Part shown: one piece after another, positions 9,425 through 19,069 of the stretch
Layout of the letters: each line of letters opens with the position of its first letter
Numbering within the stretch: position 1 is the stretch's first letter
Assembly (NCBI GenBank): GCA_044376115.1
Contig: JBILLK010000010.1
Location: 96,001-160,000, forward strand
DNA length: 64,000 bases
Direction: 5' to 3'
DNA from: Polyangiaceae bacterium
GTDB taxonomy: Bacteria > Myxococcota_A > Polyangia > Polyangiales > Polyangiaceae
The notes under the pieces: model-generated
What the model was told of the DNA's origin: nothing
What the model saw: the letters and a program-made list of their open reading frames with translations, nothing else
Database searches by the model: none
Made by a program: the position numbers and the translations under genes

Positions 9425-10476
9425 AGGCGACGCTCCCGGTCCTTACGCATCGAAAGACCCAATGCGACACACAGCTGAGCTGCGCGCGCTTGAAGCAATT
9501 GAGGATTTACATCTTTGCCCTCAATCGGAATCCGTTCCAGCGGCGGGATGAGTTCAACGCCAACGCGAGCACGCCGGCCGATCGCGTTCATCAGCTGCGG
9601 CAAGTTCGACGAGCCACCCGTAAGGAAAATGCGGTGCATTTCGGGCTCGCCGCTGGTGGCGTGGAAGAAGTCTAGGCTGCGTTGAATTTCACCGGCGATG
9701 CTGTCGCAAACCGTCTCGATGATTGAACCGATTTGCGGGTTGGGACTGGTGCCGGCAGAGACCATCACTTTGAACTCTTCAGCCTGCTCGAAGGGGACGC
9801 CGAGCTGCTTCTGAATCTGCTCGCTGATGTAGTTGCCACCATTGGCGATGTCGCGAGTGAAGGCGCTGGCTTCTTTGGAGATGATGTTGATGCTGGCGAG
9901 GCTGGCGCCCACATTGATGATGGCAAACGTCTGATCGGGCGGCAGACCGCGGTTGAACTCGAAGATGTTTTGCACCGTGAACGCGTCAATGTCGACGACG
10001 ACAGGACGCAACTTCGCCTGGCGCGCAATGTCCGTATAGTCAGCGACCTCTTCACGTTTGGCGGCAACGAGCAGCAGGTCCATTTGACCAGCCTCCGGCC
10101 TTCGTCGCAGCACCTCGTAGTCGACGTGAACGTCCTTGATGTCGAACGGGATATGCTGCTCGGCCTCCCACTGAATCTGCTCGTCAAGCTCTGCAGGAGT
10201 CATCATCGGCACGGTGATCTTGCGGATGATCACCGCCTGGCCGCTGATGCTCAAAGCGACGTCGCGGTCCTTGATCTTGGCCTCGGCGAAGACGCGATTG
10301 AGCGCCTCCACCACGGCAGACGCGTTGAGGATGTGCCCGTCGACGATGGTTTGGCGAGGAAGCGGGGTGTACCCCAGCTTGACCAACCGCGGTCCTTTGC
10401 GGGTGTCCTTGAGCTGACAGACTTTGATCGAGCTCGTCCCGATATCGACGCCGACCAGATTCTTCCCTTCGGACAT
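9421..10476 (-). CDS. pilM: Type IV pilus assembly protein PilM
   Basis: VGVDIGTSSIKV, WEAEQHIPFDI, EIQRSLDFF, FLTGGSS, ALGLSMR. ATG at 10476 follows a GAGGAAG RBS. Confidence 0.96.
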   Translation of the reverse strand: MSEGKNLVGVDIGTSSIKVCQLKDTRKGPRLVKLGYTPLPRQTIVDGHILNASAVVEALNRVFAEAKIKDRDVALSISGQAVIIRKITVPMMTPAELDEQIQWEAEQHIPFDIKDVHVDYEVLRRRPEAGQMDLLLVAAKREEVADYTDIARQAKLRPVVVDIDAFTVQNIFEFNRGLPPDQTFAIINVGASLASINIISKEASAFTRDIANGGNYISEQIQKQLGVPFEQAEEFKVMVSAGTSPNPQIGSIIETVCDSIAGEIQRSLDFFHATSGEPEMHRIFLTGGSSNLPQLMNAIGRRARVGVELIPPLERIPIEGKDVNPQLLQARAAQLCVALGLSMRKDRERRL

Positions 10477-11124
10477 GTTTCTTCCTCGATTTGCGTGACA
10501 CCGATGACCCGCATTGGTCGTGAGAGAGGCGTCGCGAGAATCATCGTATGCGCGCCCCCCACCACGCGGCCAAGAATCCGCGAAACGAAGTTGAACTCTA
10601 GCGGCGGAAAGCGGCTTCGCCAGCGCAGGCACGAGCGCGCCTGAGCGCCTCGTGAGGTCGAACTCAAGCGCCCAAGCTCGTTGGCGTTCGTGTCCTGCAA
10701 CAGTCCTGGAACGAGCGACCTCGCCCGCTCGCCGCGCCAGCTCCGAGGAGCGGTGGCGCGCGCTCCTCTGTTCATCATCGGCCCAACCACTTGGCTCTCG
10801 TGAGCAGGGCTGCACGTCCATTGCTGAGGTTCGCTCGTTCAGTACCTCGGGGTTCTCTGAAGCAGCTGTGGGCGAGCAGCTCGGAGAAGGCGCTGGTTCA
10901 CTCGCGACAACCGCGCAAGAGTCACGATTGACTCCTTATTGAAGCGCCAATTATATGTTATTTTTAAGGTAATCGTAACGCGTATCAAGCCATCGTCATC
11001 GCACCTAAGCATACATGGTCGGGACCAACCTGCTCGTTCGTTTGTCGGTGCGGACGTTTACTGCACAGTTGTTGGTGCAACTAGCGAGCACGGTACTCAG
11101 GCTGGCAAGGTGAACAAACGACGA

Positions 11125-11168
11125 CGCCTGGTCAACGTCGAACCCACTCGTGGGGACGCGACCAGGCG
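11125..11168 (-). terminator. Hairpin downstream of the 11203-13215 gene
   Basis: Nested stems CGCCTGGTC/GACCAGGCG, CGTC/GACG and CCCAC/GTGGG. Minus-strand tail is TCGTCGTTTGTT. Confidence 0.55.
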
Positions 11169-11202
11169 GCGGAAGCCCTTGGGGGGCCGGTGCAAGCGCC
11201 GA

Positions 11203-13215
11203 TTAAGGCGCGGTGACGTTGCCCGAAAAGGGTCGCTCGAAGGCGACCAAAGCGGTCTCCTCGGAGCTTGGGACCGAACCCGCCAAAGGCTCGAAGTGGA
11301 CGGGCGGCTCGGACCCCCTATCAACACGGACCGCGCGTACACAGCCAAGCTGTGCGAGCACGGTGGCGTTCGCCTCGTGACTATCGAACTCCGAGATCGC
11401 GATCAGTAGACGGCCGTCGGCGAACGCGCACAGATCTGCGCGCGATTGAAGCGGCCCCCGTTGGCGAGAGGCGTCGGTCGGTGCGCCATCGTCGACGCTG
11501 AGCGGGAGCTCGGTCGCGTCGTAGGCGCACGGTCCCTTCGGCTCGCAGATCGGCTGATCTCGACCTGCTTGCACGCGAGCGAAACCAGCGCCTACCTCGA
11601 GCACACCCTCCACCGACGAAAATGCGTGACCGAGGTTGCCGAAGCTCCGCAGCCCCCGCGGCCGTTTTCGCTTACCAACCCCGAGCGGGAGCCGAAACAA
11701 AGCTGGGGCCTGCATGGTCGCCGGAACGCCAAGCTCGAACTTGCCGCCCAAACGATGCAACTTCTCGCTGCTGCCAACCACGAGCCGCAGCTCGTAACGC
11801 TTCAGATCGACAGCGACGAGCTGCACCCCGGTGCCGAAGGCCTCGCTCGCGGCTTGGTGCAAGGCGGGGAGAAAGGTCGGGGTAGGAGCGCCTTCGAGCT
11901 GCGCCTTCCAGCTCGCTTTTTCGAGCTTGATGGGGGGCTCGCTGGGGACGGGGAACAGGAAGAGGACGGGCTCAGCGCTCCCGCTGAGCGCAAGCGCGGC
12001 GGGATCGGTCGCTCGTTCGAGGCTGCCAGGCAGGGTGATTGCACCGCTGCACGAGGTTGGCAGCAGGCCCTCGGCGCTTTCGGCGGAGCTGCCCGACCCA
12101 ACTGCGAGATGGCCATCGACCGTAGCGCAATAGGAGACCACGGTCTCGCTCGCCGGTTGGCTGCTGATGAACGGCATGACGGCATCAACGGGCACGTTTT
12201 CGATGGCGGCCTCTCCAGTCGCGAGCAACAACTTACCTCCGGCGCTCGCCAGCACCGGCGCGCCCGAAGGAATCGGCGTGAGGGCGTTGTTTTCGCTGCG
12301 TCCGCCGCCTGCGAGACCACGCAACACATACGCCGCCACCGGCACTGGCGCGCTCGAGGGTAGACGGCCCGCAGGCCGAAAGCCCGTCGACGTGCTGGTC
12401 TGCCAACCTTGAGCCAACACAAAGCGCAACTGCCGACCATCGAACAAAGTCAGCCCGGACTCACCTTCTCTTCGTGACCCTACCGCAGGATGTCCGCGCA
12501 CCCACTCAACCTCGGCGCTGAGACCGTCAAAGTTCGTAGCCTCCGAGCTGGGCTTCCGCGCCGAAACGACAGCCGCGACGGGCTCGCTGCTAGCCGTTGC
12601 AGCAAGCGTGCGCAGCGGCCCCTCCGAGCCAACCTCGAGCTCCACGCCGGTGTTCGCAAAGAGCGCCACGAGCTTGCCTTCGGCGAGCTCCATACGCGCG
12701 CCCGGAGCCGGCGCTGTCATGGGTAAAATCTGGACGGTTGCGCGCTCTGCCGCCGAGCCGAACACGATCGTTTGCAACACGCCATCGCGCTCGACGCGAA
12801 ACGCAAAGTGTTGGCCATCAGCCACCAGCCCCGTCTCGTCTGCGAGCGTGGTCGGCAGGATGGGCGCGACCTCGCGCGCCCCAAGCGGATGGCCCCAGGT
12901 GGTGAGGCGTACCTTCGCGCGGAACGCCTCGACGGTGGACGCTTTTGAGCTGCGCGCGAGAAAAACGATCTCGCGACCTGCGAGTAAATCCGCCGTCCGG
13001 CCTTGTGACGGCAGCCAAACGAGATCTTCGATCTCGGCCTCGACGCCGAGCTCTTTGCAGAGCGCCGACTTCACGTCCTCCACGGTTGGATCAGGGATGC
13101 GCCCGGCTAACGCAACCACCGCGGCGCCCGCGAGCAGCACCGCAGGCGCACGCGACACAAGGTAACCAATCCGCCCGCGTGACGACGCCTCCACAGGCGA
13201 CCCAGAGGACGACAC
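11203..13215 (-). CDS. Membrane-anchored hypothetical protein, remote phosphodiester-glycosidase (NAGPA)-like
   Basis: N-terminal hydrophobic helix. C-terminal LCAFADGRLLIA...LAQLGCVRAVRVDRGS resembles the NAGPA-family LGxxxAxNLDGGGS region. Start uncertain (13215-13284). Confidence 0.55.
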   Translation of the reverse strand: MSSSGSPVEASSRGRIGYLVSRAPAVLLAGAAVVALAGRIPDPTVEDVKSALCKELGVEAEIEDLVWLPSQGRTADLLAGREIVFLARSSKASTVEAFRAKVRLTTWGHPLGAREVAPILPTTLADETGLVADGQHFAFRVERDGVLQTIVFGSAAERATVQILPMTAPAPGARMELAEGKLVALFANTGVELEVGSEGPLRTLAATASSEPVAAVVSARKPSSEATNFDGLSAEVEWVRGHPAVGSRREGESGLTLFDGRQLRFVLAQGWQTSTSTGFRPAGRLPSSAPVPVAAYVLRGLAGGGRSENNALTPIPSGAPVLASAGGKLLLATGEAAIENVPVDAVMPFISSQPASETVVSYCATVDGHLAVGSGSSAESAEGLLPTSCSGAITLPGSLERATDPAALALSGSAEPVLFLFPVPSEPPIKLEKASWKAQLEGAPTPTFLPALHQAASEAFGTGVQLVAVDLKRYELRLVVGSSEKLHRLGGKFELGVPATMQAPALFRLPLGVGKRKRPRGLRSFGNLGHAFSSVEGVLEVGAGFARVQAGRDQPICEPKGPCAYDATELPLSVDDGAPTDASRQRGPLQSRADLCAFADGRLLIAISEFDSHEANATVLAQLGCVRAVRVDRGSEPPVHFEPLAGSVPSSEETALVAFERPFSGNVTAP

Positions 13216-13222
13216 GCTCGCT

Positions 13223-14545
13223 TCAGCGCAAACCGAGCAGCGAGCGCGCTCGATCCGGCCCCACCACCTCGCGACCGACCTCACGCGCGAACGCAGCCGC
13301 GCGCGCTACGAGCGGCGCGCTGCCTTCCGCGAGCACGCCCTTCTCGAGGTAGATGTTGTCCTCGAGACCGAGCCGCGCGTGACCGCCCAGCTTGATGGCC
13401 AACTCGGTCATGGGCCGTTGGAAGCGGCCAACGGCGGCAACGCCCCACGTTGCGCCGCTTGGAACTTGCGACACAAGGAAGCGGAGGACGTCTTCACGCG
13501 CGCCGGCTCCGCCGCGAATGCCGAGCACGAATTGGAAGTGAAGCGGGCCTTGCAGCACGCCCTCTTTCACCAGCAGCAGCGCCTCATCGAGGTGGCCGAT
13601 CTCATAACATTCGAGCTCAGCCACGCTGCCCGACTCACGAATCTTGAGCGCGAGCTCGCGGATTTGCGGACGCGTATTGACGAACACGTCATCGCCGAAA
13701 TTGAGCGTGCCGCAGTTGAGTGTGGCCATCTCCGGCTTGCAGGCGAGCGGCCCGCTGCGCTCCTCGATCGACATGCCGACCGCGCCGCCTGTGGAGGTCT
13801 GGATGATCACGTCGGTCTTCGCGCGAATCGCGTCGATCGCGGCTTGGAACAGCTCACTGCTCTGCGACGGCGAGCCGTCGGCGGTGCGCACGTGCAGGTG
13901 AATGACCGATGCGCCAGCGTCGCGGCAGCGAGCCGCTTCGTCTGCGATTTCTTGGGCGGTGATCGGTAGGTGCGGCGTGTCTTTGCGCGTCACCTCGGCA
14001 CCAACGATGGCGGCCGTGAGGATCAAATCCGAGGGCGGCGGAGTGACCACCACGCGCGGCGGCGGAGTAATCAGCGGACGGGGCTCGGGCAGCTCGGCGT
14101 GCGATGGCGCCTGCGCTGAAAGCGCCGGGAGCACGAGGTCCACCTTACGTTGCAGCTCTTTCGGTACCACGCAGGTGCCGACCGCGCGACATACGACCGT
14201 AGGCTCGGCAAGCGCGTCGGCGGCCGAGACCGCCAGCTGGGGATTTCGGCAATTTCTGACGACCTTGCGCGCCTCGAAGGCAATCGTTCGGCTTGTGTTA
14301 CCGACGCGAGTGATGACGCCGGTGGCCTCGATGTAGTCCCCGGCGTAAACCGGGGCTAGAAACTCAACCAGCTCGTAGGCACGAAAGAGCCCCTCATCCC
14401 CGTCGAGCCGAATCAAAAGTTCCGTAGCGACATCCCCGAACAGCGCAAGCATTCTCGCGCCATCCACGAGCTCACCAGCGTAGTGAGCATCGTGAGAACC
14501 CATCCGAAGCCGCAAGGTTACCGTGAGCCCAATCCCAGCCACCAT
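13223..14545 (-). CDS. Fusion of 3-aminobutyryl-CoA ammonia-lyase (Kal, hotdog fold) and beta-keto-acid cleavage enzyme (Kce)
   Basis: N-terminal [19 protein letters not shown]...[24 protein letters not shown] (Kal), Pro-rich linker, then [46 protein letters not shown] (Kce). Confidence 0.92.
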   Translation of the reverse strand: MVAGIGLTVTLRLRMGSHDAHYAGELVDGARMLALFGDVATELLIRLDGDEGLFRAYELVEFLAPVYAGDYIEATGVITRVGNTSRTIAFEARKVVRNCRNPQLAVSAADALAEPTVVCRAVGTCVVPKELQRKVDLVLPALSAQAPSHAELPEPRPLITPPPRVVVTPPPSDLILTAAIVGAEVTRKDTPHLPITAQEIADEAARCRDAGASVIHLHVRTADGSPSQSSELFQAAIDAIRAKTDVIIQTSTGGAVGMSIEERSGPLACKPEMATLNCGTLNFGDDVFVNTRPQIRELALKIRESGSVAELECYEIGHLDEALLLVKEGVLQGPLHFQFVLGIRGGAGAREDVLRFLVSQVPSGATWGVAAVGRFQRPMTELAIKLGGHARLGLEDNIYLEKGVLAEGSAPLVARAAAFAREVGREVVGPDRARSLLGLR

Positions 14546-14648
14546 GATGCAAGGAGTTGACACGGCGGCGCGAGGAAGGGAAGTGGACTCGATGGCATCC
14601 CAAGTCGACACTTCATCTTCCCCAACGGTGGGGAGCGAAGCCTCGTCG

Positions 14649-15389
14649 ATGTCCTTCATCGAAGCTCGCAATCTGCCTCAGCACATTGGGATCATCATGG
14701 ATGGCAACGGCCGCTGGGCCACCCAGCGCGGCGAGCCACGCGAGGCCGGACACAAAGCTGGCTCCGCGGCGGTGCGGCGCGTCGTGCGTATCGCGCGGCG
14801 GCTCGGCATCTCCGCGCTGACGCTGTACGCCTTCAGCGAGCAGAATTGGGCACGCCCGAAGGGCGAAGTCGAAGCCTTGATGGGCCTGCTCGAGGAGTTC
14901 TTGCGCAGCGAACGCGAAGAGATCCTCGAGAACGGAATCCGGCTCGTGGCGATCGGTGATTTGGGGCGCCTCCCCGACCACGTGCGCCAGGCCCTCGATC
15001 CGCTCGCGCGCGAGTCGCACGAAAACGAGAAGATGACGCTGGCATTGGCGCTCTCGTACGGCGCTCGCGAGGAGATCGCAGAGGTGGCGCGCGCTCTCGC
15101 CAACGAAGCACTGCGTGGAGCCATCAACCCGGACGCGATCGACGGCGCCTTGATCGGCGCGCGCATCCCGAGTCTGAGCGTGGGGGAGCCCGATCTCATC
15201 CTGCGCACCGGGGGCGAACAACGCCTGTCCAACTTCCTGTTGTACGGTGCTGCCCATGCCGAGCTTTTCTTCTGCGAAAAGCTGTGGCCCGACTTTCACG
15301 AGCCGGATCTGTTCGACGCAATTCGCAGCTATCAAACCCGTACCAAAGTCTTCGGTACCCCGAGCGCAGAAAGACGCCGTGGCACCTAG
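14649..15389 (+). CDS. uppS: Undecaprenyl diphosphate synthase (cis-prenyltransferase)
   Basis: [60 protein letters not shown]. Alternative start at 14592. Confidence 0.95.
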   Translation: MSFIEARNLPQHIGIIMDGNGRWATQRGEPREAGHKAGSAAVRRVVRIARRLGISALTLYAFSEQNWARPKGEVEALMGLLEEFLRSEREEILENGIRLVAIGDLGRLPDHVRQALDPLARESHENEKMTLALALSYGAREEIAEVARALANEALRGAINPDAIDGALIGARIPSLSVGEPDLILRTGGEQRLSNFLLYGAAHAELFFCEKLWPDFHEPDLFDAIRSYQTRTKVFGTPSAERRRGT

Positions 15390-15420
15390 TCCGGAACCGA
15401 CCAAGGAGTCTTCTCGCGCA

Positions 15421-16254
15421 ATGGAAGAGAAAAAGCCTGCCTCGAACCTTCAGATGCGGCTTCTCTCGGCCGTCGTGGCAATTCCAGCCATTTTGGCCCT
15501 GCTTTACAAGGGCCCAGCGTTGGCTTGGTTGGCGTTCATCGCCGTCGCCGCCGCCATCGGCGCCTTCGAGCTGTTCGGGATGACGCACCCTGAAGATCGC
15601 GTCTCCCAAGTCGCAGGCACGGCACTGTCGGTGGGGCTCTTGGTAGGGCTCTGGTTCATCGGCCGGCAGCCGACCTTTCTGCTGGCGGTCATGCTGCTGT
15701 TGCCCATCCTCGCGATGCTGATGACGCTGTGGCGTTTGGGCTCGATCAACAGCGCTGCGTTGCGCGTCATGGCGATGGCCTTTGGCCCGCTTTATCTCGG
15801 CGGCGGCATGGCGTGCCTCGCGATGCTGAAGAAAGACGCTGGTGATGATGGCCCTGGCTTCGTCTTGCTCTCACTGATGTTGGCGTGGATGAGCGATACC
15901 GGCGGGTACTTTGCTGGGCGCTTTCTGGGCAAGCACAAGCTGTACGAAGCGGTCAGCCCCAAGAAGACGATCGAGGGCGCGATTGGTGGGCTCTTCGGGG
16001 CCGTGGCCGGCGCGGTGGCAGGCTCCTTCATCTATCTGCAGTCGCTGCCGGTCCTGCATGCCGTTGCGCTTGGCGTCGTAGGTGGAGCGCTGGGGCAGCT
16101 GGGGGACTTGGGGGAATCGCTGCTCAAACGCTCGGTGGGGGTAAAGGACTCTGGCGGCCTCGTTCCGGGCCACGGCGGGATCCTCGATCGCGTGGATGCA
16201 CTGCTGGTGACGGCAACGCTGAGCTATCTGTACGTGATGTTCGTGCGGGGCTGA
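15421..16254 (+). CDS. cdsA: Phosphatidate cytidylyltransferase
   Basis: SDTGGYFAGR, VSPKKTIEG, GDLGESLLKRSVGVKDSG, GHGGILDRVD. Alternative GTG start at 15379. Confidence 0.96.
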   Translation: MEEKKPASNLQMRLLSAVVAIPAILALLYKGPALAWLAFIAVAAAIGAFELFGMTHPEDRVSQVAGTALSVGLLVGLWFIGRQPTFLLAVMLLLPILAMLMTLWRLGSINSAALRVMAMAFGPLYLGGGMACLAMLKKDAGDDGPGFVLLSLMLAWMSDTGGYFAGRFLGKHKLYEAVSPKKTIEGAIGGLFGAVAGAVAGSFIYLQSLPVLHAVALGVVGGALGQLGDLGESLLKRSVGVKDSGGLVPGHGGILDRVDALLVTATLSYLYVMFVRG

Positions 16255-16401
16255 TCGACTTGCGTCACAGCCTCGTCGCGCCGCCGCAACAATGACGCGG
16301 CGCGCGAATCTCCTCTCGGCTCAGTGCGTTAGAGAATTGCTAACTCTCGTTGTACAACCTTCGGTTGAATGCCTTCGGGATCGGCACTAGAACCGCGGGC
16401 C

Positions 16402-17721
16402 ATGAGCGAGCCGACTCCCGCTACTGCACCGAATGCAACCCACTCGATGAAAGCTCCTGCCCCGGCGAAGTACGACTTCTTCGGCGTGGTCCAGGGCTAC
16501 CTCGACGAGGCTGCAAAACTCATCAACCTGCCTGAGTACATCCGCGTCATCCTCAGCCAACCGAAGAACGAGTTCATCGTCCACTTCCCGGTCAAGATGG
16601 ACAACGGAGACATCCGGCTGTTCAAGGGTTACCGCATTCAACACAACAACGTGCTTGGCCCCTACAAGGGCGGTATTCGTTATCACCAAGACGTCTCGCT
16701 CGACGACGTGAAGGCGCTCGCGGCGATGATGACGTGGAAGTGCGCGCTGATGAACCTGCCGTACGGCGGCGGTAAAGGCGGCGTCAAGTTCGACCCGCGC
16801 AGCGTTTCGCGAGGAGAGCTCCAGCGCATCACGCGCCGCTTCTTCCACGGCCTCGGCGACAACATCGGGCCGGAGACGGACATCCCCGCTCCGGACGTCG
16901 GGACCAACGGGCAGACCATGGCGTGGGCCATGGATACGTACATGAACATGACCGGCCAGAAGGGTCGCCAAGCCGTGAAGGGCGTCGTCACCGGCAAGCC
17001 CGTCGCTTCGGGCGGCACCATCGGCCGCGAGAAGGCTACCGGCCAAGGTCTCGTGCACTGCATCACCTACTGGGCCAACGAGAACGACTTCAACCTCGAA
17101 GGCTCGACCATGACGGTGCAGGGCTTCGGCAACGTCGGCTCGCATACTTCCGTCATCCTCTCCAAGCTCGGTGTGTCCACCATCGCGGTCGGCGATCACT
17201 CCGGCTACCTCTACAACCCCGAAGGCTTCAACCCTCACAAGCTGCAGGAGCACGTCAAGAAGACGGGCGCCATCGCTGGCTACTCCGGCGGCAAAGCCAT
17301 TTCGCGCGAGGAGTTCTTCAAGATCAAGACGGACATCTTTGCTCCCTGTGCGCTCGAGAATCAGATCGGCGTGGACGAGGCGCGCAGCCTGAATTGCCGC
17401 ATCGTCGGTGAAGGCGCCAACGGCCCGTGCTCGCCCGAGGGCGAGAAGATCCTGCTCGAGAAGGGCATCACCATCCTACCCGACGTTCTGGCGAACGCCG
17501 GTGGCGTGACGGTCTCCTACTTCGAGTGGATCCAGAACAAGCGCAGCGAGAGCTGGTCGCTCGACGAGGTGGATGAGCGGCTCGAGAAGGCCATGCGTCG
17601 CGCCTGGAAAGAGACCACCGAGATGGCGCGCAGCAAGAAGAGCTCGCTGCGTATTGCCGCGTACGCCGTAGCTCTGCACCGCATCGCGCAGGTCTACGCC
17701 GAGCGCGAGATCTTCCCCTGA
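16402..17721 (+). CDS. gdhA: Glu/Leu/Phe/Val dehydrogenase (glutamate dehydrogenase)
   Basis: GPYKGGIRY, GGGKGG, DIPAPDV, VTGKP, QGFGNVG, EGANGP, NAGGVTVSYFEW. Strong codon bias. Confidence 0.95.
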   Translation: MSEPTPATAPNATHSMKAPAPAKYDFFGVVQGYLDEAAKLINLPEYIRVILSQPKNEFIVHFPVKMDNGDIRLFKGYRIQHNNVLGPYKGGIRYHQDVSLDDVKALAAMMTWKCALMNLPYGGGKGGVKFDPRSVSRGELQRITRRFFHGLGDNIGPETDIPAPDVGTNGQTMAWAMDTYMNMTGQKGRQAVKGVVTGKPVASGGTIGREKATGQGLVHCITYWANENDFNLEGSTMTVQGFGNVGSHTSVILSKLGVSTIAVGDHSGYLYNPEGFNPHKLQEHVKKTGAIAGYSGGKAISREEFFKIKTDIFAPCALENQIGVDEARSLNCRIVGEGANGPCSPEGEKILLEKGITILPDVLANAGGVTVSYFEWIQNKRSESWSLDEVDERLEKAMRRAWKETTEMARSKKSSLRIAAYAVALHRIAQVYAEREIFP

Positions 17722-17754
17722 CCGCGGGGGCTCAGCCTCGCTGAGTCAATCGTG

Positions 17755-17791
17755 AGCGAGCGAAGTCCACGGGCTTCGCTCGTTTACTTTT
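17755..17791 (+). terminator. Intrinsic terminator after gdhA
   Basis: AGCGAGCGAAGTCC-ac-GGGCTTCGCTCGTT stem followed by TACTTTT. Confidence 0.75.
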
Positions 17792-17859
17792 GTGTCAGAG
17801 GCGGCGCCACTGCCTAGGCTCACGCGCCACTGCGGCATCCACCCTCGGTGGCACCGGCC

Positions 17860-18621
17860 CTAACGAACTCGACGGAAGCCCTCCGCCTCTTGCTCGGCGA
17901 TGAGCCGCGTAACCTCCTGCACCGGATTTGTGCAGCTGCGTTCACGGTACAGCGGGTCTTCCACGTCTCCGATGCGCAGCTGGTAGGTACTGCGCCTCGC
18001 GCGAATGGCCCAAGCGCTGCCATCGTCGTGCCGCAGCTCCACCCAGGCCGAATCCCCGGCGTGAAAACGAGCCGGCGCGCGCCGCTCAGCGTCCTCCTTT
18101 GGCAGCGGGATCACGACCGCTGCTTTACGCTCCGTGGCCCAGTGCACGCAGCCTGAAGCCAGGTCACGCGGTGGTACCAGATCAAGCACTGCGAGCATCG
18201 CCTCGAGCCAATCGTCGAGCGACGGGAACACCTGCCAATCCTCCCCGCCCTTGAAGTCGAAGGCCACGACCTGCCCTGCTGGACCGCCAAAACACTCCTC
18301 GGGTGCATAGGCGAATTGCAGGTGCGAGTTGTCGTCCGCCAGCGGCAGCCAGCTGGCTGACCACAAAGCGTGAGAGAAGTTGCCGCCTCCGGCTTGATAC
18401 TCGGCGGCTAGCTTGTCCCAATGGGCCTTCTCGACCACCCAATCGGCGGGAGAGTTGAGCCGTAGATCCCGCACTGCACGAAAGCCTGCAATCGCGCGCA
18501 AGAAGCGCTCGTAGTCCTCTGGGAGGGAGCCACCAGCAACCTCGGTAGGAACGCGCGACTCCACCGGCGAGGCTGTCTCGATTGCGCTAACAAACCTCTT
18601 CAGCAGCCGCTCACTCAGCAC
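17860..18621 (-). CDS. SMI1/KNR4 (SUKH) family protein with a WGR-like C-terminal domain
   Basis: LPEDYERFLR, WLPLADD, GQVVAFD, FPSLDDWLE (SUKH pattern). C-terminal WAIR...RIG...RLIAEQEAEGF resembles WGR. Confidence 0.7.
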   Translation of the reverse strand: MLSERLLKRFVSAIETASPVESRVPTEVAGGSLPEDYERFLRAIAGFRAVRDLRLNSPADWVVEKAHWDKLAAEYQAGGGNFSHALWSASWLPLADDNSHLQFAYAPEECFGGPAGQVVAFDFKGGEDWQVFPSLDDWLEAMLAVLDLVPPRDLASGCVHWATERKAAVVIPLPKEDAERRAPARFHAGDSAWVELRHDDGSAWAIRARRSTYQLRIGDVEDPLYRERSCTNPVQEVTRLIAEQEAEGFRRVR

Positions 18622-18732
18622 CTGGGGAAGTTGCCGCCCTTAGCTGCACAAGTCAACGAAGTCGAAGTAATTGGCTCAATTGGCGCCCCGGACTCAGCTG
18701 GGCCGCCGGAGGCGAGGCAGCGATCGGTGCAG

Positions 18733-18942
18733 TCAAGGTGCTGGAGACGCCGCGGGTGCCACGCCAGACGCTGAGGGGACGGCAACTGGCTCGGCTGACG
18801 ACAACTCAAGCGGTGGCGGATTCATGTGGCATTCCGGCGGCTCGCACGCTCCGCTCGCCCCTCCGCAACCCGGAAGAGCTGAGAGCGTGACGACAAAAGA
18901 CGCCGCGAGCTTACGAGCGCGTTGCTTGGACCGCTGTTTCAT
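18733..18942 (-). CDS. Small putative lipoprotein
   Basis: Basic N-terminus, hydrophobic stretch, LPGC lipobox, then CEPPECHMNPPP and a Pro/Ala tail. Confidence 0.5.
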   Translation of the reverse strand: MKQRSKQRARKLAASFVVTLSALPGCGGASGACEPPECHMNPPPLELSSAEPVAVPSASGVAPAASPAP

Positions 18943-19008
18943 CGCGCCATGCTTTCATAGCCAAACAGGCTCTTACAAACGAATCGATCGAGCTTTCTTT
19001 CGAGTGAA

Positions 19009-19046
19009 TTGATAACGCCAGCCGTGGCCTTGATACTTCGTTGAGA
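19009..19046 (+). promoter_or_regulatory. Direct-repeat operator upstream of the porin (putative KdpE/OmpR-family site)
   Basis: TTGATA at 19009 and 19030, TTGAGA at 19041 (21- and 11-bp phasing). The same motif occurs at the kdp promoter. Confidence 0.6.
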
Positions 19047-19069
19047 CCGGGCTCACTAGCGTTTGGGCC

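Noticed and set aside
10477..10821. 115-aa N-terminal extension of PilM in the ORF track
   Set aside because: Not PilM-like. The conserved sequence and RBS start at 10476.
14557..14590. Perfect TTGACA -35 hexamer upstream of uppS
   Set aside because: No acceptable -10 element at 16-18 bp spacing.
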